From a virus (lineage: Duplodnaviria > Caudoviricetes): 28,955 nt of DNA. The translations under genes and the position numbers were made by a program. Under the pieces are notes generated by a model that had not been told where the DNA came from, searched no databases, and was given only the letters and a program-made list of their open reading frames with translations. This document shows, piece by piece, positions 1 to 10,377 of the stretch. Position 1 is the stretch's first letter. Every line of letters begins with the position of its first letter. The stretch is from the IMG/VR virus record IMGVR_UViG_3300042347_000438, positions 1 through 28,955 of that record; one strand, written 5' to 3'.

Positions 1-1
1 T

Positions 2-691
2 GCCGGCCTTTACGACGTGGCTCCCCTCATGGAGGACATGTTCCGTGTCGTCGGCTCCCAGGAAGCCAACCTCGGTGGCACGACCGGATCCACGGCCACG
101 GAAGTATCCGTAGCGGAGTCCAGCCGAATGAGCTCCCTTGGGTCTAATGTAGACGACCTGGATGACTTTTTGACCGACCTCTGCAAAGCCGCCGGCCAGG
201 TTCTCCTTCTGAACATGGACCCCATGACGGCCACCAAGATCGCCGGTCCTGGCGCCTCCTGGCCGACCCTTTCCTCCCAGGATGTGGCCGACGAGCTGAT
301 GCTTGAGGTTGCCGCTGGCAGCTCCGGTCGCCCGAACAAGGCGGCAGAGATCGCCAACTTTGAGCGCCTGGCTCCGACGATCATGCAGATCCCCGGTATT
401 GACCCGTCCTGGTTTGCCAAGGAAGCCATCCGTCGCCTCGACGATGGCCTTGACCTCACGGAGGCCATCAAGGCTGCAATCCCGTCCATCGTCGCCCAGA
501 ACGCCATGCAACAGGCGCAGGAGACGGCCATGGGTGAACCGGCCCTCCAGGGAGCCGCCGGCGCACTTAACACCCCCACCCCTACGGCCTCCGCACCTGG
601 AGCTCCCGTAGGCGGGGGCTCTCCGATCCCTGGAGCTGAAGGCGTCCCGAACATTCCGACGCCCATGACGTACGCCAACATCCCCCAATAA
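2..691 (+). CDS. Portal protein, C-terminal part (5'-truncated by window edge)
   Basis: The frame is open from base 2. It lies directly upstream of scaffold and capsid genes. 'LEVAAGSSGRPNKAAE' and a Q/P/A-rich low-complexity tail resemble podovirus portal C-termini. Call rests mainly on synteny. Confidence 0.75.
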   Translation, partial: AGLYDVAPLMEDMFRVVGSQEANLGGTTGSTATEVSVAESSRMSSLGSNVDDLDDFLTDLCKAAGQVLLLNMDPMTATKIAGPGASWPTLSSQDVADELMLEVAAGSSGRPNKAAEIANFERLAPTIMQIPGIDPSWFAKEAIRRLDDGLDLTEAIKAAIPSIVAQNAMQQAQETAMGEPALQGAAGALNTPTPTASAPGAPVGGGSPIPGAEGVPNIPTPMTYANIPQ

Positions 692-727
692 GCTTGATCT
701 CTCTAAAGATCAGCTAATCATAACTTT

Positions 728-1786
728 GTGAGCGAGACGCTAAACCAAGCCGAGTCAACTCCGTCAGTTGCCTCCACACCCCAAACGTCGGAGCCCATCG
801 TGGCATCCGCACCGGAGGCGACGTCCGTCCAGGCAACGGAGTCGGCGCCACCGCCCCAAGACGCTAAAGAGCAGACCCAGGCCCCGTCAGCCTCGGGCGA
901 CAAGGACGCTAATAAGAAGGCGAGCCTTCTCGACGTGGTGAAAGCTGCGTATGAGAAGAAGGCTTTACCCGACCCGAATTCGTCCACCGGGGGGCACACA
1001 GATCCCGCCCAAGGAAACACCACGGATGCGAAAGGCAGTCTGGACGACGCCAAGACGCAGCCGGAAGGCTCCGATAAAGCGGCCGAAAAGCTGCCGTTTC
1101 ACAACCACCCTCGGTGGAAGGAAATGCTATCCGAACGTGAAGCTCTGAAACCCAGGGCCGAACAGTACGACAAGATCGTCAATTTCATGAATACCAACAG
1201 CCTTACTCCAAGCGAGATGGCTGATGGCATGCGTGTCATGGCGCTCATGAAGCATAACCCCACCGCAGCGTACGAACAGCTGCAAACCTACATCAAGAAA
1301 CTTGCTCCTTTCACGGGTGAAGAACTTCACCCGGAGATCAAGGCCAAGGTTGATGAAGGTTTCGTAGATCCGGACACCGCAAAGGAACTCTCTCGCCTTA
1401 AAGCCGAGAAGGAATTCCTCAACCAGCGGAGCGAGGAGCTCTACCAACAGCAGATCGCACAACAGCAAATCGCTTCGCAAAAGTCGATGTATGACGCTGT
1501 GGTCGGATGGGAAGCAGCGGAGAAGGCAAGGGATCCGGATTGGGCTGCGAAATACGAGATGGTTCAAGACCGTGTCCGTTCGCTTATGGCCACGACGAAG
1601 CCGGCGACTCCGGAAGAAGCAGTACAGCTCGCAAAGCGTGCGCTCTCCGACGTCAACGACCGACTCCGTCCCCTGGCTGGGCGAAATACGAACATGCGTT
1701 CGCCGACCAGCTCGCTGTCGTCCGCAACCTCCCGTCCTGTTGCGAGGTCTCTCGAAGACATCGTGCGGATGGGCCTCCAAACCTAA
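728..1786 (+). CDS. Capsid scaffolding protein
   Basis: Sits between portal and major capsid. It has a disordered S/T/P/A/E-rich N-terminus, a 'PFHNHPRWKE' motif and a helical/coiled-coil remainder. GTG start. Confidence 0.7.
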   Translation: MSETLNQAESTPSVASTPQTSEPIVASAPEATSVQATESAPPPQDAKEQTQAPSASGDKDANKKASLLDVVKAAYEKKALPDPNSSTGGHTDPAQGNTTDAKGSLDDAKTQPEGSDKAAEKLPFHNHPRWKEMLSEREALKPRAEQYDKIVNFMNTNSLTPSEMADGMRVMALMKHNPTAAYEQLQTYIKKLAPFTGEELHPEIKAKVDEGFVDPDTAKELSRLKAEKEFLNQRSEELYQQQIAQQQIASQKSMYDAVVGWEAAEKARDPDWAAKYEMVQDRVRSLMATTKPATPEEAVQLAKRALSDVNDRLRPLAGRNTNMRSPTSSLSSATSRPVARSLEDIVRMGLQT

Positions 1787-1803
1787 CGAACAAATAAAAC
1801 ATC

Positions 1804-2880
1804 ATGTCGTCGTTCTCTAATCTCGACCACATCGTTGCTTCGGCTCTCGACTTCCACGTCAAGTCCGATGCGTTCGCTCAGACCATCCAGGAGAAGCCTC
1901 TCATCGGCGTTATGACCAAGCGCCAGCAAAGCTTCCCGGGCGGTAAGGGCGAAATCACCCTCCCTGTCACCTTCCATGATACCCTTCCGGGCATCCATGG
2001 CTACGAAGGCGACGACCAGGTCTCGTATGACGTGACCGGTAACACCAAGCGTGTCTCCTACCCCTGGAAGGAGCTCCATGCCGGCATCAAGGTCACTCTG
2101 ACCGAGCTCAAGATCGATGGCATCTCTGTCACCGACTCTACGACCGGCGAGTCCACCTCGAAGCACTCCGGCCGTGACGCCACCGTTCTGACGAACATCC
2201 TCAAGGCCAAGCTTGATGACATGACCGAGGGCTGGGCCCGAGGCATGAACAGCATGCTCTGGAAGGATGGCTCTGCCAATCCGGATCTCGTCCCTGGCAT
2301 CCAGCACTTCGTCAAGCCCAACGCCGACATCACCGGTGGCGTGGACCTGTCTGCTACCGCCACTACCGGCGGCATCAGCCGTGCCACCAACCCGCTGTGG
2401 CGCAATCGCTCGGCCAAGTTCACCTACACCGCCGGCTCCACGAACATCATCGACGGCCTCCGTCATGAGATCCGTCAGCTCAAGCGTTACGGTGGCAAGC
2501 CGAACACGATCCTCTGCGGCTCGGACTTCCTCCAGAAGGTCGAGAAGGAGATCCACGCCAAGGGTCTCTACACCCAGGGTGGCTTCACCGGTGCCCAGGG
2601 CATCAGCATGGGCGCTATCAGCCTGGCCGGCGTCGGCGAATTCGTCTACGATCCGACCCTCGACGACCTCCCCGAGTGGAACGGTCTCGGTAACCAGAGC
2701 AGCTACTGCTACTTCCTGGACACCGACTCCATCCAGCTCTACGTGATGGACGGCGAAGACAAGAAGACCCACAACCCTGCTCGCCCGGAAGACAAGTACG
2801 TCATCTACAAGGCGATGACCTGGACGGGTGGCATGGTCGCCAAGCGCCTCAACAGCTCGGCGGTCTACAAGGCCGTCTAA
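1804..2880 (+). CDS. Major capsid protein
   Basis: 358 aa, after the scaffold gene. It has strongly biased C-ending codons consistent with high expression and is followed by an intrinsic terminator. 'GGISRATNPLWRN' resembles segments of phage major capsid proteins. Confidence 0.85.
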   Translation: MSSFSNLDHIVASALDFHVKSDAFAQTIQEKPLIGVMTKRQQSFPGGKGEITLPVTFHDTLPGIHGYEGDDQVSYDVTGNTKRVSYPWKELHAGIKVTLTELKIDGISVTDSTTGESTSKHSGRDATVLTNILKAKLDDMTEGWARGMNSMLWKDGSANPDLVPGIQHFVKPNADITGGVDLSATATTGGISRATNPLWRNRSAKFTYTAGSTNIIDGLRHEIRQLKRYGGKPNTILCGSDFLQKVEKEIHAKGLYTQGGFTGAQGISMGAISLAGVGEFVYDPTLDDLPEWNGLGNQSSYCYFLDTDSIQLYVMDGEDKKTHNPARPEDKYVIYKAMTWTGGMVAKRLNSSAVYKAV

Positions 2881-2900
2881 GCCAAGGCACAGCAAAGTCT

Positions 2901-2934
2901 GGGGCTGATCCTAACGGGTCAGCCCCTTTTCTTT
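2901..2934 (+). terminator. Rho-independent terminator after major capsid gene
   Basis: GGGGCTGATCC-TAAC-GGGTCAGCCCC is an 11-bp stem with one G-U pair, followed by TTTTCTTT. Confidence 0.9.
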
Positions 2935-2972
2935 GTTGCAGTAGCCTTCGGCCGTCTCAGCATGATCTAACC

Positions 2973-3284
2973 ATGCAAATCGCCCTGGCAGAAATCCTCC
3001 TCAACGGCAATCTTCAGCATTCGGTCGTTCGTGTCGTGTCCGTCCCGGAAGTCATGATCCTCCGCACGCTCCACGGCGGTGACGCCGTCATCAACGTGAC
3101 TGACGCATCCTCCCTGGAGCGCACCAACAGCGAGGAGATCGATCGCCTCAAGCTGTTCTACGGCTCCGACGTCTTCTCCAAGGTTTTCCCTGGATCCATG
3201 CCTAAACTGCCCACCTCATTCGCCGAGATCAACGTCGAGGTCGCCGGCGGCAAGAAGGCTGCAAAGGCCGAGAAGGTTAACTGA
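2973..3284 (+). CDS. Hypothetical virion-module protein
   Basis: 103-aa ORF with phage-like codon usage filling the gap between capsid and adaptor genes. Confidence 0.75.
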   Translation: MQIALAEILLNGNLQHSVVRVVSVPEVMILRTLHGGDAVINVTDASSLERTNSEEIDRLKLFYGSDVFSKVFPGSMPKLPTSFAEINVEVAGGKKAAKAEKVN

Positions 3285-3285
3285 C

Positions 3286-3987
3286 ATGGCCAGAGGAACC
3301 TCTCTCCTTGAGCTCCGGGACATGCTCCGGGCGGAAGTCGGGGTTTCCTCGAACGCCGCCATGGGCGTCAATACCGTAGATCAGTACAACTCGCTGCTCT
3401 CACGGGTCCAGAAGCGACTCTGGACGGATCACGAATGGCCGTGGGCCGTCGTCAATCGTGACGAACCCCTGCTTGATAACCAGCGCATTTACTCGTTCCC
3501 GACCGACCTCGAATACGACCGGATCACGAACACCTGGGTGAAGTACAACAACATCTGGCACCCGCTGGAATACGGCATCGGCCCTGCTCAGTACAACACC
3601 TTCGACTCGGATCGTGGCACGGGGACTTCTCCTACGGTTCGTTGGCAGCATTACGAAGATGGTCAGTTTGAAATCTGGCCGATCCCGCAATCGACCGGTC
3701 AGATCATCCGTTTCCGTGGCGTAAAGAAGCTCTCGCCCCTTGTGGCTGACACGGACAAGGCAGAGCTCGACGACGTCCTTCTTGTTCTCTTTGCGGCCTC
3801 TGAGATCCTTAGCCGTAACCAGGCCGCAGACGCTCCGATCAAGATGGCCCAGGCCACCACCCACTACAACAAGATCAAGGGGCTTGCCTTGAAGAACGAT
3901 CGCTTCGTCTTCGGTGGAGGGGAAGACAAGGGAGACCGACTTCGCATCATTGGCGGCCGATTTGTCCGGGATGACCGGCTTTACTGA
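3286..3987 (+). CDS. Head-tail adaptor / tail tubular protein A-like
   Basis: 233 aa with helical N-terminus, 'HEWPW', 'YSFPTD' and 'FEIWPIP' segments typical of podovirus adaptor proteins. It precedes the large tail protein with a TGATG overlap. Confidence 0.7.
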   Translation: MARGTSLLELRDMLRAEVGVSSNAAMGVNTVDQYNSLLSRVQKRLWTDHEWPWAVVNRDEPLLDNQRIYSFPTDLEYDRITNTWVKYNNIWHPLEYGIGPAQYNTFDSDRGTGTSPTVRWQHYEDGQFEIWPIPQSTGQIIRFRGVKKLSPLVADTDKAELDDVLLVLFAASEILSRNQAADAPIKMAQATTHYNKIKGLALKNDRFVFGGGEDKGDRLRIIGGRFVRDDRLY

Positions 3988-6821
3988 TGCCGACTTTTGG
4001 AGTAAATAACTTCTCTAAGGGCCTCGACACCAAGAGGCATCTGATCGCAGCTGAAGCCGGCGAGCTCCAGGATCTCGTCAATGCGCACGTCAATCGTGGC
4101 GGTGAGATCGAGAAGCGTCGTGGCTTCATCAAGCTCGCAGAACAGCAATGTACTACCGTCGGTGCAAGGCCTCCATCTGACCCATATACAGTTCCTGGAA
4201 CGACGCTTTGTCCTGGGGACGTTGGTTATGATCCTCTGAAGCCGGAGTCTAACCTCGGTACGACATGCTACGCAGAGCCGGATGTTTTTGTCCCAGGTGA
4301 CCCCGGTTCTCCTGGCGTAACTACTTGCGTAAGCGGCAACTCCCTTCCTCCTGGCACGTTTGGCATGGAGATCACGGGGGCTGGGGTTTTTGTTTTTGGA
4401 TCCATTCCTAAGCCAACCTGGACATGGCCGGCCGGCGTTGACTACCAGCGTCTCCAGCACCCAGATGGCTTTGCCATGACGGGCGTACGCTGGTCAAGCG
4501 TCTACGGCGCAAAGCCTTTCGTCCTTGCCGAGTTTATTAACGGGGACGTCATTCCGTATTACGACGGAGTCGCAGTCGGAAGCTTTGTTAATGGCATCGT
4601 TCGTCAGTACATGGGCAACTCTGCCGGCGTAGCCGACCACTTCAAGACCCTCTTCGACACCGCCATAGCAGAGGCTCTTGCTGAAAATTCGGTTCTCAAA
4701 AACTACACGGCGTCAAAGCTGGACCCGACTACAGTTCGTCTTGTGGGCAAGCAGGGCGTCCCGTTTGAAGTAGGTACGGAAGCGGAAGCCCCGATGACTA
4801 TCGTTACTACGAAGGTACAGGAGGCAACGGATGACGTACTTGAGCGTGTTGCCGTGGCGAAGATCACCATTTCACAGGGCACAAACGGCTCGGCAAGGAC
4901 GTCAGCTGGACACAGGTGGGCTTTTTATTTTTCCGGCGAAGCATCCTGGACTCCACGCATCACCGGCATCTGGATCGACGAAGACGACACCGAGCTCATT
5001 CAGCTTGGGCCAGGCTCTCCTGGATTGAGGGCAGACTCACAGGTTGACGGGCCTGCCGCATCGGCGCCCGTGGGAAGCGGAGCCAATAACATGGCCAAGG
5101 TGATCGCTTATTACATCAACCTTCAGACGAGCACGACTGAGTATTATGCCGAATACCGCTATGGCGGACGTGAAAAAAAGGCAGATCCTGGCACGCTCAC
5201 TATTTACGCTCCACAGAGGTTTGCTGAAAGCGGGAACGACGTCACGGTTTGGTTTGAGTTTGACGCAGACCCTACGCCTTGGGCCGGTGAGTGGGCAGAA
5301 TTCGGAGTAGATACTTCCACGATCCAGCCAAGCCCGAGGAACCCGGGAAGATGGTACGCAAGATGGGCGTCTGCTCTCGCCGGTGGTTCGAGAAATTCAA
5401 TTTCGTCTTTCATGGTAGAAAGCACGGAGCTCATGAAGATGGGTGAAGATGTGTATTGGAAGACGTCCAACGCCCAGCTTGCAGATGACCTGGTTGCAGC
5501 AATCAACCAGAACCTCACGGATTTGGATCCTACACCGGATTACGTTCTTTCCGTTGAAAACACGTCTACAATCGTCGTAACAGCACGACCAGGGACGGGG
5601 GCATCATTTAACGGCCGGCGCCTCTATGTAGCAACCGAAGGATCTGTCGGGACCGTTGGAAACCAAGCCTTCGCTGGAGGTCGTGACGGCATGCCAGGGA
5701 AGCCGCAGATTACGGACTTCACGTTTGGAGGTTTTGCGGTCGGGAAAAAGCTCACGATCAATGTCACCGACTCGATGCTCACCGCCTATCCTTACCAGAT
5801 CGGCGCAAGCTGGGTTGCCGGGAAGGAGCCGAGCTTTACGTACACATACAAGTCCAAGAAATTCGCCGGCATCGATTACTCCGTCTACTTCTCCCGCCTT
5901 AATGACTGCACCCAATGGGACATCTATGACAACGGGACGGGCTTCATTAACCTTTCAAACAACTTCTCCGGGCGAGATCCTCTGACAGGCATCGGAGTCT
6001 ACCAGGATAAGCTGGCCATCTTCAGCCGAAGAAACATCCAGCTGTTCGACATCAACTACGACCCGTCGCAGGACGCCCAGGCCCAGGTCATTGACGGAAC
6101 CGGTACGATTGCGCCAGGATCCGTCGTATCCGCAAACAGCCTGGATCTGTTCTATCTGGCCGACAACGGTATCCGTTCGGTCAAGGCTCGCCAGAACACC
6201 GTTTCGGCCTACGCAGACGACATCGGCACGCCGATCGACACGCTTGTCATCGATAAGCTTGCGACGATGACCGAGGAGCAAAAGAGCAAGGCCGTAGCCA
6301 TCATCGAGCCCGTCGAGGGTCGTTATTGGCTCGTCCTTGGCGATCAGATCTACGTCCTGTCGATGTACGCAGGAAGCCAGATCTTCGCCTGGTCGAGATA
6401 CGAACCAGGCTTCAACATCGAGTGGATCAGCAACAAGGACAACCTGGTCTATTGCCGGTCCGGGGACAACATTTACGTCTACGGAGGTCTTACCGGCCGT
6501 GAGTACGACAGCTGCCCCGTCACGGTTGAGCTTCCGTACATGGACGGAGGAACCCCGCACATCTACAAGCAGTCTTCTGGCCTTGATCTTACGATCGACG
6601 GCACATGGACCGTGTCGGCCGGCTTTGATTACACGGCTCCCGACGCTCGTGACACGGTTTGCACGGCGTCCCAATCGACCTACGCCCTCGGCATCATCCC
6701 GATGAATGGCGTAGGCACGCACATCGGCATCAAAATGGTCAACCAGGCGCCAGGTCCGTCCAAGGTCAGCAACATCGTCGTCCACTTCCGTGAGCTCCAC
6801 TCCAGAAGCACGGCCGGCTGA
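3987..6821 (+). CDS. Tail tubular protein B / nozzle (stabilisation) protein with inserted domains
   Basis: 944 aa and beta-rich. The N-terminus 'NNFSKGLD...LVNAHVNRGGEIEKRRG' and C-terminal 'DLFYLADNGIRS', 'IGTPID', 'AWSRY' resemble beta-propeller nozzle proteins. Follows the adaptor. Confidence 0.7.
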   Translation: MPTFGVNNFSKGLDTKRHLIAAEAGELQDLVNAHVNRGGEIEKRRGFIKLAEQQCTTVGARPPSDPYTVPGTTLCPGDVGYDPLKPESNLGTTCYAEPDVFVPGDPGSPGVTTCVSGNSLPPGTFGMEITGAGVFVFGSIPKPTWTWPAGVDYQRLQHPDGFAMTGVRWSSVYGAKPFVLAEFINGDVIPYYDGVAVGSFVNGIVRQYMGNSAGVADHFKTLFDTAIAEALAENSVLKNYTASKLDPTTVRLVGKQGVPFEVGTEAEAPMTIVTTKVQEATDDVLERVAVAKITISQGTNGSARTSAGHRWAFYFSGEASWTPRITGIWIDEDDTELIQLGPGSPGLRADSQVDGPAASAPVGSGANNMAKVIAYYINLQTSTTEYYAEYRYGGREKKADPGTLTIYAPQRFAESGNDVTVWFEFDADPTPWAGEWAEFGVDTSTIQPSPRNPGRWYARWASALAGGSRNSISSFMVESTELMKMGEDVYWKTSNAQLADDLVAAINQNLTDLDPTPDYVLSVENTSTIVVTARPGTGASFNGRRLYVATEGSVGTVGNQAFAGGRDGMPGKPQITDFTFGGFAVGKKLTINVTDSMLTAYPYQIGASWVAGKEPSFTYTYKSKKFAGIDYSVYFSRLNDCTQWDIYDNGTGFINLSNNFSGRDPLTGIGVYQDKLAIFSRRNIQLFDINYDPSQDAQAQVIDGTGTIAPGSVVSANSLDLFYLADNGIRSVKARQNTVSAYADDIGTPIDTLVIDKLATMTEEQKSKAVAIIEPVEGRYWLVLGDQIYVLSMYAGSQIFAWSRYEPGFNIEWISNKDNLVYCRSGDNIYVYGGLTGREYDSCPVTVELPYMDGGTPHIYKQSSGLDLTIDGTWTVSAGFDYTAPDARDTVCTASQSTYALGIIPMNGVGTHIGIKMVNQAPGPSKVSNIVVHFRELHSRSTAG

Positions 6822-7399
6822 TGTATTTCCGTGAAATAAACCACGCCGACGTGGCGTTTGTCGCAGAAAATCTGCGAATTTCAGACCAGAAAGAGGTTTT
6901 TGCCACACGATGGACGGAAAGTGGAGACGATCTCGCTTCGGCCATCCTGTCTTACGGTGATTTTGGGTGGATCGCCTGTGCCGACGACGGGACGCCCGTG
7001 TCCGCTTTCGGCGCCGTGCCCATGTGGAACGGAGTTTGGTCTGTTTGGATGTTCGCCACGGACAGATGGCCGGAAGTTTCGATCTCCGTGACCAGGTTCA
7101 TCAAGAAGATCATGACTCCTGCGCTTGAGGAGTCCGGATACCATCGTGCCGAGTGCAAATCGCTCGCAGAAAACACGACGTCACATCGATGGCTTGAAAT
7201 GCTTGGCGCCTCCAAAGAGTCGGAGATCACAAACTACGGAAGGAACGGCGAGACGTTCTACACTTTCAGCTGGATTAGACCGGTAAGTCGGACACACTTG
7301 GATCCATGTGTGCACCATCTGGAGACGGCGGCGCAGCTCAAGCCAGAGCTGACGAAGCAGCTCGACAGCAGCGGATCCGAGAAGGCACCGCTGCAATAG
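6821..7399 (+). CDS. GNAT-fold / T7 gp13-like virion assembly protein
   Basis: 'NLRISDQKEV', 'VWMFATD' and 'SHRWLEMLGA' motifs, placed between the nozzle and internal virion genes. The 3' end overlaps the next ORF by 94 nt. Confidence 0.65.
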   Translation: MYFREINHADVAFVAENLRISDQKEVFATRWTESGDDLASAILSYGDFGWIACADDGTPVSAFGAVPMWNGVWSVWMFATDRWPEVSISVTRFIKKIMTPALEESGYHRAECKSLAENTTSHRWLEMLGASKESEITNYGRNGETFYTFSWIRPVSRTHLDPCVHHLETAAQLKPELTKQLDSSGSEKAPLQ

Positions 7400-7884
7400 A
7401 CAAACAATTTGCCGGTTTTGACGACAATTACTTCAAGCAGAGGGAAAACGCCTTCATCAAACAGGCCACCCCGCTTCTGAATAATGCCTTCACGGGTGCC
7501 ACCCAGAGCGCAGAAATGGCCCTGGCCGCAAAAGGCATGACTGACTCCAGCAATGCAGCCAACGTCGCCGCAGGACTCCAGGGCAACTACAACGCCAAAG
7601 CCGCCGGCATCGCAAGCTCTGCCCTGGATCAAGCCAACCAGCTCCGCAATACGGTTGCAGAAAACCGCAATCAGCTCGTAGCCCAGCTCAACGGAGGCGA
7701 ACAGGCCTTCCAGGCCGGCCGAAACGCAATGAATAAGGCTACCAGCCTTGCCGGCCAACTGAACACCAACCCCCTTGCCGGCATCATCACCGGTGGCATC
7801 GGTGCGTATGGAGCCGCCGAGCAGGGCGCAAGATACTCCAAGGAGGCCAACGCCCGTGGAGGCGCCGGCCTGTTTGGCTTCTGA
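7306..7884 (+). CDS. Putative internal virion (ejection) protein
   Basis: A/Q/N/G-rich helical 192-aa protein starting MC, with a Gly-rich hydrophobic C-terminus. Position matches ejection proteins. Confidence 0.6.
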   Translation: MCAPSGDGGAAQARADEAARQQRIREGTAAIDKQFAGFDDNYFKQRENAFIKQATPLLNNAFTGATQSAEMALAAKGMTDSSNAANVAAGLQGNYNAKAAGIASSALDQANQLRNTVAENRNQLVAQLNGGEQAFQAGRNAMNKATSLAGQLNTNPLAGIITGGIGAYGAAEQGARYSKEANARGGAGLFGF

Positions 7885-7887
7885 TCT

Positions 7888-8487
7888 ATGTGTGAACCAA
7901 TGTCCATTACCGCCCTTGCCATGACGGCAGCTGGCGCAGCAGCAAAAGCCCGTGGCAATCAGATCGCCAAGGGCAAGATGAACGCCGCCACGGCCGCCGA
8001 ACGTGAACGCCAGGCGAAGCTCCAGGAGGAGCAGGGAGCCGAGATGTCACGATCGATGAAGCACGCATCTCCGGCCGAACAGGCCAAGATGCTCGCCAAG
8101 GCGAACGCCAAGCGTTTTGAGTCCATGCGTGGAGCGATGAATACGGATCAGATCGCCAACTTCCGCAATGCCCATGGAACGGCTGAAAACGTCGCATCCG
8201 CAAACAAGGTTCGCATCGGCGACGCAAACAGCCTCGCCATTAACAACGCCAAGAATGATGCGCTCATCGCAGCGTACGGAGATCTTCAGCAGGGCAACAA
8301 CCTGGCCAACGCACGATTTGGCGAGAACATGGGCCGGATCGGTAACTTTGCCCAGGGCTCTGCCGGCGTACTTAACGACGAAATCACCGCTGCCGGACGT
8401 CCGAACGGATGGGGCGACGTTGGTGATTTGCTGACCGCTGGTGGATCAATCGCAGCCGGCAAAGCTGGCGCAAAAGCCAAAGCTTAA
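7888..8487 (+). CDS. Putative internal virion (ejection) protein, T7 gp14-like position
   Basis: 'MCEPMSITALAMTAAGAAA' N-terminus is typical of small podovirus ejection proteins. Ala-rich and helical. Confidence 0.65.
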   Translation: MCEPMSITALAMTAAGAAAKARGNQIAKGKMNAATAAERERQAKLQEEQGAEMSRSMKHASPAEQAKMLAKANAKRFESMRGAMNTDQIANFRNAHGTAENVASANKVRIGDANSLAINNAKNDALIAAYGDLQQGNNLANARFGENMGRIGNFAQGSAGVLNDEITAAGRPNGWGDVGDLLTAGGSIAAGKAGAKAKA

Positions 8488-8490
8488 TTT

Positions 8491-10377
8491 ATGGACATCC
8501 CGACATTTGGATACGGAAAGCAACTTGGAGAGGCAGTTCGATCCATTTGGGATCCGAAAGCTGAAGCCGAAGGAGAAAATCTTAGGACTACGAGTCAGTA
8601 CAATCAGCTTAGGCTCACGGAGGCCCAGGCTGAAGCAAAACGCCAAGAAGAGTCCAGGAGACTGCTTGCCGATCTTATCTCTGGACCGGAACTTCAAGGC
8701 CCCGTAGTTCCAGGTCAGTCAATCGTTGGCCGTGACGAGAAGCAGGCATTGTTCACGCCTGGAGAAAATGGTTTTGCCGTTGGCATCAATCGTGACGTAG
8801 CAAAGCAAAACGTCCGGAGGATCATTGCCCACCTTGTCCAAAAGAACCCGGAAAAGGCGTCAGAGATCATGGCTACATGGGGGCGTGCAACGCTTGATGG
8901 TGGTGTTGAAGGTGACTTCTACACGAAGCTCCAGGCGCAGCTGATCCGTTCGCTTAATGAGACGACCCAAAGCGTAACCAGCAATTCGCACATCCCCGTT
9001 TCGCCAACGCAATTTGCCTCACACAAGGCTAACGTAGACGCAAAACTTGAGATCGACCGAAAGGTTGCAGATGCGAATGCAGAACGTGAGCGCATTGCAA
9101 GAGAGCAGGAAGCGGTCCGTGCTGCCGGCGCTGTGGCAGGGGTAGGCCCTGGTGGAGGCCCACTTATCCCGTCCGGGTCGAGACTTGCTGAAACATTGTC
9201 CGGCGCAAGAACGACGGGGACAGCTCCGGACTTTAAATCTATTCAAAAAGTTGAAGCCCCAGCCGCTGGACAAAACGTAGCAAAGATGGATCCAGCCCCT
9301 GCGCCCCAGGAGCCTGTGGTAACCCCTCCTGCGGACGCACCTTATGACCCTATCGGCTTCCCAGGCGAACCGGCCCCTGCTCCGGCTGCTGCTCCGGCTC
9401 CCGTTGAGCCCCCCGTGGCCCCGATCACTCAAGCTGAAGCCGAAGGTAGAAACCCATCCGAGAACGGGATTGCCGCAGACTTGACCGGATGGACTCCGGT
9501 TCCGGGTCGTCCTGGGATGTACAAGGATGCGCAAGGAAACATTGCCTACGTCCCCGTCTCGAAACAAATGACGGAGTACCAGAAAGAGCAGATCCGACTC
9601 CGTGAGGAAGCCCTTAGGCAGCAAGCTCTGAGGGCGCAGTCGAATTCTCCGGACTCTCTCAAGGTTGACCAAGAGCAGCTTGTTTCTGGCGTTCGCCGTG
9701 CGTTCAACGGCGGCGTCATGATCGGTAGCACCGGGGATCTGACTCCGACGGCAGCGACGACAATGTCTCCAGGCCTAAAGAGCGTTCTTGAAATTCAATG
9801 GACCAAGCAATTCCTAAAAGCTCTTGATGCGGGAGCAGACTCAAGAAGGGCGTACCTGTATGCAACGGAAGTCATGACTGATGTTGTAAGGCGCCATTAC
9901 TCGAAGCTTGATCAAAAGGACTACATCAGAGACAGCGTAGGAAGCGGAGATCACTACGGAAGGGAAGTCCTCCTTACCGACCGAAACGCATTGGACCCGG
10001 ACGTTGTTCACGCCGCCGGCTCAGAAGCGATGATCGAAAAGCCGGACGTGATCCCCGGAAGCCCCGCAGACGATGACGTCGAAAAGGGCATCGTATTCAA
10101 TGGCAAGAAGGTGTCCATGAATGACGCCAATAGGAAAATGATCATGGCCGCCGGCATCATCAATGCCCAAAGAACCAATGGATACATGCGCATGCCAGAC
10201 AAGGACGGCAAGCCGCAGCAATCGATCATGGTCGATCGATACATGGCCAATGAAGCCCAGGCTCTTTTCCTTGAACTTTATGGCCTTCTGAAGGCATCCG
10301 GAGGAGTAATTAAGCCGGATCTCCAGAAGGAATACGAAGAACTTACCAAGACACGCACTCCCACTCTCCCTCGATAA
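8491..10377 (+). CDS. Putative internal virion (ejection) protein
   Basis: 628 aa, helical, with a central Pro/Ala-rich linker. Lies immediately upstream of and abuts the giant gene. Confidence 0.55.
   Translation: MDIPTFGYGKQLGEAVRSIWDPKAEAEGENLRTTSQYNQLRLTEAQAEAKRQEESRRLLADLISGPELQGPVVPGQSIVGRDEKQALFTPGENGFAVGINRDVAKQNVRRIIAHLVQKNPEKASEIMATWGRATLDGGVEGDFYTKLQAQLIRSLNETTQSVTSNSHIPVSPTQFASHKANVDAKLEIDRKVADANAERERIAREQEAVRAAGAVAGVGPGGGPLIPSGSRLAETLSGARTTGTAPDFKSIQKVEAPAAGQNVAKMDPAPAPQEPVVTPPADAPYDPIGFPGEPAPAPAAAPAPVEPPVAPITQAEAEGRNPSENGIAADLTGWTPVPGRPGMYKDAQGNIAYVPVSKQMTEYQKEQIRLREEALRQQALRAQSNSPDSLKVDQEQLVSGVRRAFNGGVMIGSTGDLTPTAATTMSPGLKSVLEIQWTKQFLKALDAGADSRRAYLYATEVMTDVVRRHYSKLDQKDYIRDSVGSGDHYGREVLLTDRNALDPDVVHAAGSEAMIEKPDVIPGSPADDDVEKGIVFNGKKVSMNDANRKMIMAAGIINAQRTNGYMRMPDKDGKPQQSIMVDRYMANEAQALFLELYGLLKASGGVIKPDLQKEYEELTKTRTPTLPR

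Noticed and set aside
6821-7399. 94-nt overlap with the next gene as a programmed frameshift
   Set aside because: No slippery sequence is evident. The downstream ORF has its own plausible MC start, so a C-terminal run-on explains the overlap.
9290-9425. Pro/Ala-rich quasi-repeats (PAPAPAAAPAP)
   Set aside because: This is an ordinary low-complexity linker in a coding region.
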